Below, piece by piece: positions 1 through 7,794 of a stretch of 61,233 nucleotides of DNA (positions are counted from its first letter, which is position 1; every line of letters starts with the position of its first letter). The position numbers and the translations under genes are program-made. Source of the DNA: an uncultured Clostridia bacterium (GTDB lineage: Bacteria > Bacillota > Clostridia > TANB77 > CAG-508); the NCBI GenBank assembly GCA_934155165.1, contig CAKPGS010000001.1, forward strand, positions 1-61,233. Reading direction: 5' to 3'. Under the pieces are notes generated by a model. It was not told where the DNA came from. It searched no databases and was given only the letters and a program-made list of their open reading frames with translations.

Positions 1-46
1 TGGATTGTTTGACGTTAATTTATTTACATATTTATTTTTTATTTTC

Positions 47-73
47 GGACGGACACCGCTGTTCGCCCCTACA
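47..73 (-). repeat. REP-like GC-rich hairpin with 5' GTAG head (minus strand reads TGTAGGGGCGAACAGCGGTGTCCGTCC)
   Basis: Imperfect GC-rich palindrome in AT-rich DNA. The GTAGGGGC head is shared with the copies at 6363, 39043, 49416 and 58361. Confidence 0.5.
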
Positions 74-322
74 GTGCCTCCCATTGTGATGGTTTTAGCA
101 TATTTGTTCATTTTACATTTCTCCTTCTTTTGTTTTTTTGCACAGCAGCCTATGCATTTGTTTTTATTCCAAATTATATATTAAATATTTTTTGTTGCAA
201 TAGTTAAAAAAAGTTTTAATATTATTATATTGTAAAATTATGAATATTTATATATGGTTCATATGGTCCATTTCCAGCCGAAAATTCGATGTAATCACAA
301 TTTGTAGGTATTACTTATTAAT

Positions 323-1504
323 TTATTGCTGTACTATTATTTCACTTACATATAAGTTTCCTAACCTACGTGCATAAGTAGTAAAATATAATTTTGTCGT
401 TCCTTCAGGTATCTGAAATTCTAGTGTAGCTCCTGGTTTAGCATTATTGCCAGTTGATGCTAACGAACTTCCTGAAGGTCCATTCTGTACAACACAGCAA
501 TTACGTGCTCCCTCAATTTTTATTTTCTTTCCAATAGCACTGCTATCCACATTTATCCAACCTTTATCAACTTTTTCTAAAATTTCAGCATCAGTATTCA
601 AATCGCCATCATATGCATTTTTACCAACAGCATCATCTGTTGTACATTCAATGTCTTTTTTTAGTACATATTCTTTTTTCCCATCTTTATACGTATTTAT
701 TATATTTTTTATTCCAGAAGATGTAATAATCGGATACTCTAATACTGTACTTACCATATCTTTTGTTTCTATTTCTATTGGTTTTGATTTCGTTACACCT
801 GCATATTTATCAACTGTCATTACATATACATTATATTTAGTAGCAACACTTAAATTGTTTATTTGGGTTGGTTTTACTGTATTCATAGCCTTTACTTCAT
901 TATTGGCAACTATAAAATATGCTACTATATCACTTTCACTATAACCATTTTTAAAATCAATATTTATATTTATTTCAGCATCTTCTCCATTTATTTCCCC
1001 AGCTGAAATCTCTATATTATTTATTACTTGGCTACTATAGTTCGAATCTGATATTTTTTCTCCATCTATACTTGCTAATTGAAATTTATTATTGATTTCA
1101 AATTCATATTTGTAATCTTTTAATTTAGTTAGAATTGATGTTGCATCTCCTATATTTACATCTGCTAAACTTCCAACTTCAACTTTTTTCTTCTTTACAT
1201 ACTCTATTTCATTATCATTGTCTAATTCATTTGCCAATTCTTGTAACGTTGGCATTCTTCGCTTTGTTACGTATGTATTCATTTGTACATTTGTAATTTT
1301 TAGACTTAATTTTTCTGTTGCATCTTCCTTGTTTGTTTCCTCACTTGCTGTTTCGGCTTTTTTAATTATTCCTCTTTCTCCCATTACCATATGTAAAGTT
1401 ACACCGGCTAAGATTAGCAATACAATTATGGTTATTATTAGAGCAATTAAGGTAATGGCAGAATTAGATTTTGAAGGTTGGACGTTTGACGTCATTTTAT
1501 TCAT
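323..1504 (-). CDS. Surface protein with a pilin-like N-terminal hydrophobic segment and a C-terminal F5/8 type C (discoidin)-like domain
   Basis: 393-aa ORF with an AAGGAG RBS. The N-terminus SAITLIALIITIIVLLILAGV resembles a prepilin methylation segment but has Ala at +5. The C-terminal NAYDGDLNT...W motif is typical of discoidin/CBM32 domains. Confidence 0.6.
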   Translation of the reverse strand: MNKMTSNVQPSKSNSAITLIALIITIIVLLILAGVTLHMVMGERGIIKKAETASEETNKEDATEKLSLKITNVQMNTYVTKRRMPTLQELANELDNDNEIEYVKKKKVEVGSLADVNIGDATSILTKLKDYKYEFEINNKFQLASIDGEKISDSNYSSQVINNIEISAGEINGEDAEININIDFKNGYSESDIVAYFIVANNEVKAMNTVKPTQINNLSVATKYNVYVMTVDKYAGVTKSKPIEIETKDMVSTVLEYPIITSSGIKNIINTYKDGKKEYVLKKDIECTTDDAVGKNAYDGDLNTDAEILEKVDKGWINVDSSAIGKKIKIEGARNCCVVQNGPSGSSLASTGNNAKPGATLEFQIPEGTTKLYFTTYARRLGNLYVSEIIVQQ

Positions 1505-1695
1505 TTTTTAATCTCCTTTTCTTTTGTTTTTATTTTTAATTATATCTAATAAACAATTAAATTATATTAACATATTTTCCTTTTCAACTTTTTTATTTAA
1601 CTTCCCTATAAACATACCATATAATTTCATAAAAAGCAATTTTATTTCTTACTTTTTCGAACTTATATGGTATATTTTATGTTATCTTTTAAATT

Positions 1696-2814
1696 TTATA
1701 CAAATTCTTTCCATACTAAATTTGCTAAATCTATTCCTTTTTTAGTTAATTTTATATAGTTTAAATCTACTTCTAAAAGTTCTTCATTTACTAATTTCTC
1801 TATTTCATTTTTGTATATGTATAAAGGATTTTCTATAAATTTATTTTTAAACTTTTGTATGTTTACTCCTTCAATTTTTCTTAAGCCTAACATCATGTAT
1901 TCTTTTTGTCCATCTTCTTTATTTTGATCTTCTTCTAGTTTTATGTATTTTTTATAATCTTCAACGTATTCGTTAAAATTAGTAGTATTTGAATCTCTTT
2001 TTTTATTAAGATATGAATGTGCTGCAAGACCAAATCCTAAGTATTCTTTTTGTTCCCAACAGTCTGAATTGTGTTTTGATTCATAGCCTTTTTTAGCATA
2101 GTTTGATATTTCATAATGAATATATCCGCTTCTTTCTAATTTGTTTTTTACAAGCCAATACATTTTTCTTTCGAAATCATCTTCTGGAAGTACATATTTT
2201 CCTGCCATTACATCGTTATACATTATAGTTTCTTCTTCTAAAATTAATGAATAAATAGATATATGGTTTGGATTTAAGTTTATTATTTTATCTACCGAAT
2301 CTTCTAAATCTTTAATTGTTTGGTTTGGCAGTGCTAGCATTAAATCTACATTTATATTTTTAAAGCCAACTTCTTGCGCTAGTTTATAGGCTTCTAAAAA
2401 TTGTTCATATGTATGAATTCTTCCTATAGTTTTTAAAATTTTATTGCTAGTAGATTGCAAACCAATACTTATTCTATTAATTCCTACTTTTATATAATCC
2501 TCTAGTTTTTCTTTATTTACCGTTCCTGGGTTTACTTCTATTGTAATTTCTGCATTTTTGTTTATTTCATAATTCTCCTTTATAGTGTTTATAATTTCTA
2601 CAATGCTTTTGCTATTAATATAAGAAGGTGTCCCTCCACCTATATAAATAGTATTTACTATATACTGGCTATTTTTATTTTCTATTATTTCTTTTTTTAA
2701 TGCTTGTATATATTCGTTTTCTCTTTGGTTTATATTTTCAAATGAAATAAAATCACAATAGCTACATTTTTTTGCACAAAAAGGTATATGAATATATATT
2801 CCTATTTCTTTCAT
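1696..2814 (-). CDS. hemW: Radical SAM heme chaperone HemW (HemN-like, oxygen-independent coproporphyrinogen oxidase family)
   Basis: N-terminal CxxxCxxC (CAKKCSYCDF), GGGTPS motif, ~370 aa length. Confidence 0.85.
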   Translation of the reverse strand: MKEIGIYIHIPFCAKKCSYCDFISFENINQRENEYIQALKKEIIENKNSQYIVNTIYIGGGTPSYINSKSIVEIINTIKENYEINKNAEITIEVNPGTVNKEKLEDYIKVGINRISIGLQSTSNKILKTIGRIHTYEQFLEAYKLAQEVGFKNINVDLMLALPNQTIKDLEDSVDKIINLNPNHISIYSLILEEETIMYNDVMAGKYVLPEDDFERKMYWLVKNKLERSGYIHYEISNYAKKGYESKHNSDCWEQKEYLGFGLAAHSYLNKKRDSNTTNFNEYVEDYKKYIKLEEDQNKEDGQKEYMMLGLRKIEGVNIQKFKNKFIENPLYIYKNEIEKLVNEELLEVDLNYIKLTKKGIDLANLVWKEFV

Positions 2815-3671
2815 TTATTTCCCCTTAATTCATTTGCTATTTCTTGAATCTTTTTCAATCTATGGTTTACCCCAGACTTTCCAATAGGCTCTTTTAATAA
2901 TTTTCCAAGTTCTACTAAACTTATGTCTGGATTTTCCATTCTTAAATTCGCAATTTCTTTTAGACTATCTGAAAGTTTATCTTCGGCCTTTGATTTATAA
3001 ATAAATTTAATATCTTCTATTTGTCTAACTGCTGCATTAACTGTTTTATTTAAATTTGCTGTTTCACAATTTACTTTTCTATTTACATTATTTCTAATAT
3101 CTCTTATTACACGTATTTCCTCAAAATTTATTACTGCTTTTGAAGCACCAATTAGAGCTAGGAATTTTGATATTTCTTCTCCATCTTTGCTATATAATGA
3201 ATAACTTGATTTTCTTTCTAATTCTTTAAAAGTAATTTCAAACCCTTGCATAATATTTTTTAAAATATTTGCATATTCTTTGTTTTCTAATGAAATTTCT
3301 ATATGATATTTTTTGTTAGGGTCATTTATTGAACCTGAACCCAAAAAGCTTCCACGTATAAAGGCTTTTTTTAGGTTTTCTTTTTCTATATTACCTAATA
3401 AATTTATATATTCTGTTATATTTTCTATATTAAATTTAATTATAAATAAATTTCCTTTTACACATATATCGTAATCTATATTTAAGTTATTAAGTAATTT
3501 GTTTAGTCTGTTAATGTTGTATTCGTTTTCTGTTGAATATTCTATTTTATTCTTTTTTATAGCTATATTAGAAGAAATTAAGTAACCTAAAAATTCATAT
3601 TTTACCTCTTCTTTATTTTTCAAATTATTTGTTTTGCTTAATTCTTCTTTAATTTCAGATGAAAAAGACAT
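2811..3671 (-). CDS. whiA: DNA-binding protein WhiA
   Basis: 286 aa. Degenerate LAGLIDADG-like core (FIRGSFLGSGSINDP) and a C-terminal HTH (GKSGVNHRLKKI). Start overlaps the hemW stop by 4 nt. Confidence 0.88.
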   Translation of the reverse strand: MSFSSEIKEELSKTNNLKNKEEVKYEFLGYLISSNIAIKKNKIEYSTENEYNINRLNKLLNNLNIDYDICVKGNLFIIKFNIENITEYINLLGNIEKENLKKAFIRGSFLGSGSINDPNKKYHIEISLENKEYANILKNIMQGFEITFKELERKSSYSLYSKDGEEISKFLALIGASKAVINFEEIRVIRDIRNNVNRKVNCETANLNKTVNAAVRQIEDIKFIYKSKAEDKLSDSLKEIANLRMENPDISLVELGKLLKEPIGKSGVNHRLKKIQEIANELRGNK

Positions 3672-3673
3672 TT

Positions 3674-4516
3674 TTATTCCTTTCTTGCAATTACAATTCT
3701 ATAATTGCCACCTAAATCTTTTACTGTTTCTATATCTTTGTATTTTCCTATATCTTGTAATAGTTGTGTTACACTATTTTGTTGATTATATCCTATTTCA
3801 AGCAATAAATAACCATTTTCGTTTAAATATTTAAATGCATTATTAGCGATTGTTTTATAAAATTTTAATCCATCTATTCCACCATCTAAGGCTAAATGTG
3901 GCTCATTTTGTACTTCTATTTCTAGTTTATTTATTGTTTCTGTTTCTATATATGGTGGATTTGAAACTATTATATCAAACTTTTCTTCTATATTGTTAAA
4001 CATATCTGAATTTATAAATTTTATTTTATTTTCTACATTATTATTTATAGCATTTTTATTTGCAACATTTAAAGCATTATTTGATATATCAACCGCTATT
4101 ATTTGAGTATTATTTATCTTTTTTGCTAATGATATTGCTATGCATCCGCTTCCTGTGCACATATCTAATATCTTATTTTTCTGTGTTTTTTCTGCTATTT
4201 CGATTGTCTTTTCAACTAAAATTTCTGTATCTGGTTGAGGTATTAAAACATTTTCATCAACATAGAAGTCTAATCCCATAAATTCTTGCTTGTTTGTTAT
4301 ATATTGAAGTGGCTTTCCTTTTATTAATTCTTTTATGCAATTTTCATATTTTATTTTATCCTCTTGTTTTATTTCTTCTTCACTATGTATTAATAAGTAT
4401 TCTTTTTTTACATTTAAAATATTTGCAAGTAATATTTTTGCTTTTAATGTGCTATTTTCTATATTATTTTGTTTTAAATTATTTATTTCTTTTTTTAATA
4501 TTTCTTCTATGTTCAT
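3674..4516 (-). CDS. prmC: Peptide chain release factor N5-glutamine methyltransferase PrmC/HemK
   Basis: SAM-binding motif DMCTGSGCIA and catalytic NPPY. Confidence 0.9.
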   Translation of the reverse strand: MNIEEILKKEINNLKQNNIENSTLKAKILLANILNVKKEYLLIHSEEEIKQEDKIKYENCIKELIKGKPLQYITNKQEFMGLDFYVDENVLIPQPDTEILVEKTIEIAEKTQKNKILDMCTGSGCIAISLAKKINNTQIIAVDISNNALNVANKNAINNNVENKIKFINSDMFNNIEEKFDIIVSNPPYIETETINKLEIEVQNEPHLALDGGIDGLKFYKTIANNAFKYLNENGYLLLEIGYNQQNSVTQLLQDIGKYKDIETVKDLGGNYRIVIARKE

Positions 4517-4544
4517 TTTTACTCCTTATAAAATTTTTTTTATA

Positions 4545-4576
4545 TTACTAAAATAAGGACCAATTTTTTGGTCCTT
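4545..4576 (-). terminator. Hairpin terminator downstream of rnpB
   Basis: AAGGACCAA/TTGGTCCTT 9-bp stem followed on the minus strand by ATTTTAGT. Confidence 0.6.
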
Positions 4577-4591
4577 TTAATTTTATAAAAA

Positions 4592-4940
4592 AAGAGTAAA
4601 TCTGTAAGCCGGGTTCTGTCTAGGACAGTCATTTATCTATTACATATGTTACCATATGTCTCAAAGCCACCAATTTAGAGGACGACGAGCAGTCTTAACC
4701 CTCTGTTTAGGTGTTGCTCCAGATGGGGTTTACATTGACCCTGTATGTCACCATACAAGCGGTAAGCTCTTACCTCACCTTTTCACCCTTACCTATAAAA
4801 TAGGCGGTTATTTTCTGTTGCACTTTCCTTAAGGTCACCCTTACTGGACGTTATCCAGCATCATTGCTCTATGGAGCCCGGACTTTCCTCGTACGCTGCC
4901 TTGCGGCCTTGCTATACGCGACCATCCAATTTACTCTTTT
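4592..4940 (-). ncRNA. rnpB: RNase P RNA (bacterial class)
   Basis: Minus strand contains GAGGAAAGTCCGGGCTCC, GGTAAGGGTGAAAAGGTGAGGTAAGAGC and ACAGAACCCGGCTTACAG. The P1 helix pairs AGAGTAAAT with ATTTACTCT at the two ends. Confidence 0.94.
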
Positions 4941-4984
4941 TCTATTTTACATAAATTTATGTTATTTGTCAATTATAATAAGTG

Positions 4985-5025
4985 ATAAAAAAACAGAAAT
5001 CACATATCTCTTATATGTGATTTCT
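4985..5025 (-). terminator. Rho-independent terminator of the 5103-5702 gene
   Basis: Perfect 13-bp stem AGAAATCACATAT/ATATGTGATTTCT followed on the minus strand by GTTTTTTT. Confidence 0.78.
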
Positions 5026-5033
5026 ATTTTAGT

Positions 5034-5060
5034 TGTAGAGGCAGACGCCTCTGTCTGCCC
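5034..5060 (+). repeat. REP-like hairpin, subfamily A, with GTAG head on the plus strand (TGTAGAGGCAGACGCCTCTGTCTGCCC)
   Basis: 7-bp stem GGCAGAC/GTCTGCC with loop GCCTCT. Shares 17 nt with 30059-30083 and the loop with 39043-39068, but in opposite orientation. Confidence 0.65.
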
Positions 5061-5102
5061 ATGTGGCAAAGCCACTTTTTAGTAAACATGTTTAAAATAT
5101 TA

Positions 5103-5702
5103 TTATTTAATGATGTGAGTCCATCTCCTACAGCTACTTGCATCTTTGATTCCGCCACCACACTCAGTATTACATGTTTTACAGCTTTTACCAATTAATT
5201 TTATTAATTCATTGGTTTTTTCTTGTATTTTGTATTCTGGGTTCTGCTGTAACTGTGACTTATAATAAGAAACAATGTCTTCATATGTTTCTGTGGTATA
5301 CACCTTAATGTTATATCTAATATCTCTATACCTCAAACAACTTGTTGTATCCATAACTTGATGTCCTTTTTCATCATAATGTACACCATCTGAATCTAGA
5401 AAATAAGTACCCATTTTCTTTGGATTTTCATAGTCTGATATTAAGAAATTATTTTCTACTACATCATACGTTATAATATAGCGAAATTTATCATATCCCC
5501 TTTCTTCTTCACTTGTAATCCAAGGAACTCTCTCTTTTAAGTTACCGGATCTTAACTGTTCTTTCATATTTTCATATTCTTCTTCTGTTACATGGCAAAC
5601 CATTATTGGAATTGCTTTCCGATAACATTCATCCACGAAATCATACAAAGACATATTTAATTCTTTGTCCTCTTCTTCATACATAGCAATTATTTTACTC
5701 AT
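5103..5702 (-). CDS. Hypothetical protein, GC-richer orphan with a Cys-rich C-terminus
   Basis: 199-aa ORF with a GAAGGAGG RBS, its own promoter and its own terminator. I recognise no family motif. C-terminus reads CKTCNTECGGG...SSCRRW. Confidence 0.6.
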   Translation of the reverse strand: MSKIIAMYEEEDKELNMSLYDFVDECYRKAIPIMVCHVTEEEYENMKEQLRSGNLKERVPWITSEEERGYDKFRYIITYDVVENNFLISDYENPKKMGTYFLDSDGVHYDEKGHQVMDTTSCLRYRDIRYNIKVYTTETYEDIVSYYKSQLQQNPEYKIQEKTNELIKLIGKSCKTCNTECGGGIKDASSCRRWTHIIK

Positions 5703-5804
5703 ATTTTTTCCTCCTTCAATATTAATTGAGATGTTTATAGTTTCTTTATGTTTACTCCATATGGAGGTATTAAAATTTAATAGCTATTCAGCTAAATTAT
5801 TTGA

Positions 5805-5832
5805 ATTATATCACGTTTTTCTCAGAAATCAA
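5805..5832 (-). promoter_or_regulatory. Sigma-A type promoter for the 5103-5702 gene
   Basis: Minus strand TTGATT, 16-nt spacer, TGaTATAAT (extended -10). Confidence 0.55.
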
Positions 5833-5851
5833 CATTAATATAGCTATTTTC

Positions 5852-6172
5852 TTAAATTCTATCTATATAATTCATTTTTGAATTATAAATATGTACAATA
5901 TAAATAATATTTCTTTCTTCATAAATTGAGTATAAAATAATATAATTTTCAACTGCGATTTTTCTATATGTTAAATTGGAATATTTTCTTATAATTGGAT
6001 ATATTTTAGGATTGAATTTTAAATTTTGAACAACATCTTCAATTCTTAACATTAATTTTTTAGATGTTTCTTTTTGATATAAATTATTTGAAATATAATA
6101 AAAAATATTATTGAGTTCTTGTTTTGCATCTTTAGTAAATACAATTTTATATGAATTTTTATTTATACTCAT
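5852..6172 (-). CDS. parE: Type II toxin, RelE/ParE family
   Basis: 106 aa with a ParE-like pattern (YKIVFTKDAKQEL...IYIVHIY). Its start overlaps the upstream small antitoxin ORF. Confidence 0.75.
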   Translation of the reverse strand: MSINKNSYKIVFTKDAKQELNNIFYYISNNLYQKETSKKLMLRIEDVVQNLKFNPKIYPIIRKYSNLTYRKIAVENYIILYSIYEERNIIYIVHIYNSKMNYIDRI

Positions 6173-6332
6173 ATTTTTCTCTCATTTCTTTAAATACTAA
6201 ATCTGCATCCTCAATATCTCCATTTTTTATTTGTTCTTCTGCTTTTTTTAGTTTTTGTATCAATCTTTCTTCTTTTTTGTATTTTTTAGAAATTATTTTT
6301 TTTATATCTTGAATATAAATTTCTTTTTGCAT
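6159..6332 (-). CDS. Putative ParD/RelB-like antitoxin (57 aa, below the ORF-track cutoff)
   Basis: Hand translation gives MQKEIYIQDIKKIISKKYKKEERLIQKLKKAEEQIKNGDIEDADLVFKEMREKYEYK. The ORF overlaps the toxin start by 14 nt, the classic antitoxin-toxin layout. Confidence 0.6.
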   Translation of the reverse strand: MQKEIYIQDIKKIISKKYKKEERLIQKLKKAEEQIKNGDIEDADLVFKEMREKYEYK

Positions 6333-6362
6333 GAAATCACTTCCTAATATTAATTTATTTTA

Positions 6363-6387
6363 GGACACGGAGCACCGTGCCCCTACA
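6363..6387 (-). repeat. REP-like hairpin with GTAG head (minus strand TGTAGGGGCACGGTGCTCCGTGTCC)
   Basis: 8-bp stem that is perfect only as minus-strand RNA (one G-U pair). It lies just downstream of nrnA. Confidence 0.6.
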
Positions 6388-6408
6388 CATTAATTAAAGT
6401 TAAAATTT

Positions 6409-7362
6409 TTATTTTAATGATTTTTTTATTTCGTTTATTATTTTATTTTTTATTTCTTCTGGCTCTCCACTTATTTTGCAACCTGCTGCTCTTTGGTGTC
6501 CTCCACCACCAAACATTAAACATACATCATCTACATTTAAGTAGTTGTTTGATCTTAATGATACTTTATATGCTCCGTCTTCTGCTTGGTGTAAAAATAT
6601 AGATACTTCTACTCCTTCTATATCTCTACCTAGGTTTACTATTCCTTCGTGGTCTCCTTCTTCTGCTCCTACTTTTTGTTCATCTTCTGTTGTAATATAT
6701 GTAAATGCAATTTTTCCTTCTTCTAAAAATTGCATTCTATCCATTGCAAATTTTCTAAGTTCAAAGTTTGCTTTAGATTTTATTTGCATTGCTTGTTTAT
6801 ATATGTTTGATACGTTTACACCACATCTTAATAATTCTGCTGCAAATTCAAAAGTAACCTCAGATACACCTTCATATTTAAATCCACCTGTATCTGTAAT
6901 TATTCCTGTAAGTAAGCATGTTCCTATGTCTTTTGTTATTTTTACTCCCAAATATTCAAATATTATTATTAAAATTTGGCAACAAGCTGGAGAAGTATGA
7001 TCTACATAGTTTATATCTGCAAACATTGGATTCATATTATGATGATCTATTGAAATTGTTGTTTGTGCATCTTCAAAATATTTAGCACAATTACTAACTC
7101 TTTTTTGGTCTCCACAGTCTAATGTTATTGTTAAATCATAGCTCTCTATATCTGTTTCCTTTTTTATTTCATCTGCACTAGGTAGAAAATTAAAGGTTCT
7201 TGAAAATTCTGGTATTATAACATCCGGATTTTTTCCTAATTGTTTTAATGCTAAATTCATTGCTGTTGCACTACCAATTGCATCTCCATCTGGGCTTTCA
7301 TGTACTAATATTGCTATTGTTCCTGCCTTTTGAATCGCATCTTTTATATCATCTAATGTCAT
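6409..7362 (-). CDS. nrnA: DHH/DHHA1 phosphoesterase NrnA (oligoribonuclease / pAp phosphatase)
   Basis: DHH-family motifs (HESPDGDAIGS, DHH, GGGH) and conserved position after rbfA. Confidence 0.85.
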   Translation of the reverse strand: MTLDDIKDAIQKAGTIAILVHESPDGDAIGSATAMNLALKQLGKNPDVIIPEFSRTFNFLPSADEIKKETDIESYDLTITLDCGDQKRVSNCAKYFEDAQTTISIDHHNMNPMFADINYVDHTSPACCQILIIIFEYLGVKITKDIGTCLLTGIITDTGGFKYEGVSEVTFEFAAELLRCGVNVSNIYKQAMQIKSKANFELRKFAMDRMQFLEEGKIAFTYITTEDEQKVGAEEGDHEGIVNLGRDIEGVEVSIFLHQAEDGAYKVSLRSNNYLNVDDVCLMFGGGGHQRAAGCKISGEPEEIKNKIINEIKKSLK

Positions 7363-7365
7363 ATT

Positions 7366-7743
7366 CTATTCTTCTCCTTCACTTTCTGGTTTTACATCTT
7401 TCATTATGTCTTTTAAAATTGAATCTATTTTTGCCCCATATTCCATAGAGTCATCTAATTCAAATATAATTTCTGGTGTATTTCTTAAATTTATAGATTT
7501 TGCTACTTCTGAACGTACAAAACCGGAAGATTGTTTTAAGCCTCTTAACGTTGCTTTTGTATTTTTCGCATTTAATATGCTTACATATACTTTAGCAAAT
7601 TTTAAATCTGTTGTTACTTTAACCTTTGTAACAGATATAAGACCTGTAACGTCTGGATTTTTAATTTTATTAGAAATAATGTTACTTATTTCTTTTTTCA
7701 TTTCTTCTTCTACACGGTTAAATCTATTATTATTTTTTTGCAT
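7366..7743 (-). CDS. rbfA: Ribosome-binding factor A
   Basis: 125 aa with an RbfA-like sequence (VTKVKVTTDLKFAKVYVS), immediately after infB. Confidence 0.9.
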   Translation of the reverse strand: MQKNNNRFNRVEEEMKKEISNIISNKIKNPDVTGLISVTKVKVTTDLKFAKVYVSILNAKNTKATLRGLKQSSGFVRSEVAKSINLRNTPEIIFELDDSMEYGAKIDSILKDIMKDVKPESEGEE

Positions 7744-7767
7744 AATATCACCTCGTTTTTTTAATTA

Positions 7768-7792
7768 GGACGCAATTTTTTGCGTCCCTATA
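7768..7792 (-). repeat. GC hairpin between infB and rbfA with a degenerate head (TATAGGGACGCAAAAAATTGCGTCC)
   Basis: 8-bp stem GGACGCAA/TTGCGTCC. The head is TATAGGG rather than GTAGGG. Confidence 0.4.
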
Positions 7793-7794
7793 TT

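Noticed and set aside
1-113. Partial minus-strand ORF (MNKYAKTITMGGTVGANSGVRPKIKNKY...) with an AAGGAG RBS, an ATG at 113 and a plausible upstream promoter (TTGCAA-16-TATAAT)
   Set aside because: The reading frame runs straight through the REP-like hairpin at 47-73, giving the same VGA..VRPKI artefact seen in the false holA extension. Only 37 codons are visible before the window edge. It cannot be separated from a leader or artefact, so it is not listed as a feature.
4864-5082. A 72-aa plus-strand ORF
   Set aside because: It lies antisense to RNase P RNA and then reads through a terminator hairpin and the REP-like repeat. It has no RBS.
5103-5702. The 199-aa orphan flanked by inverted REP-like hairpins could be the RAYT transposase itself
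   Set aside because: There is no HUH (His-hydrophobic-His) motif and no recognisable Y1 catalytic Tyr context in the translation. The size similarity alone is not evidence.
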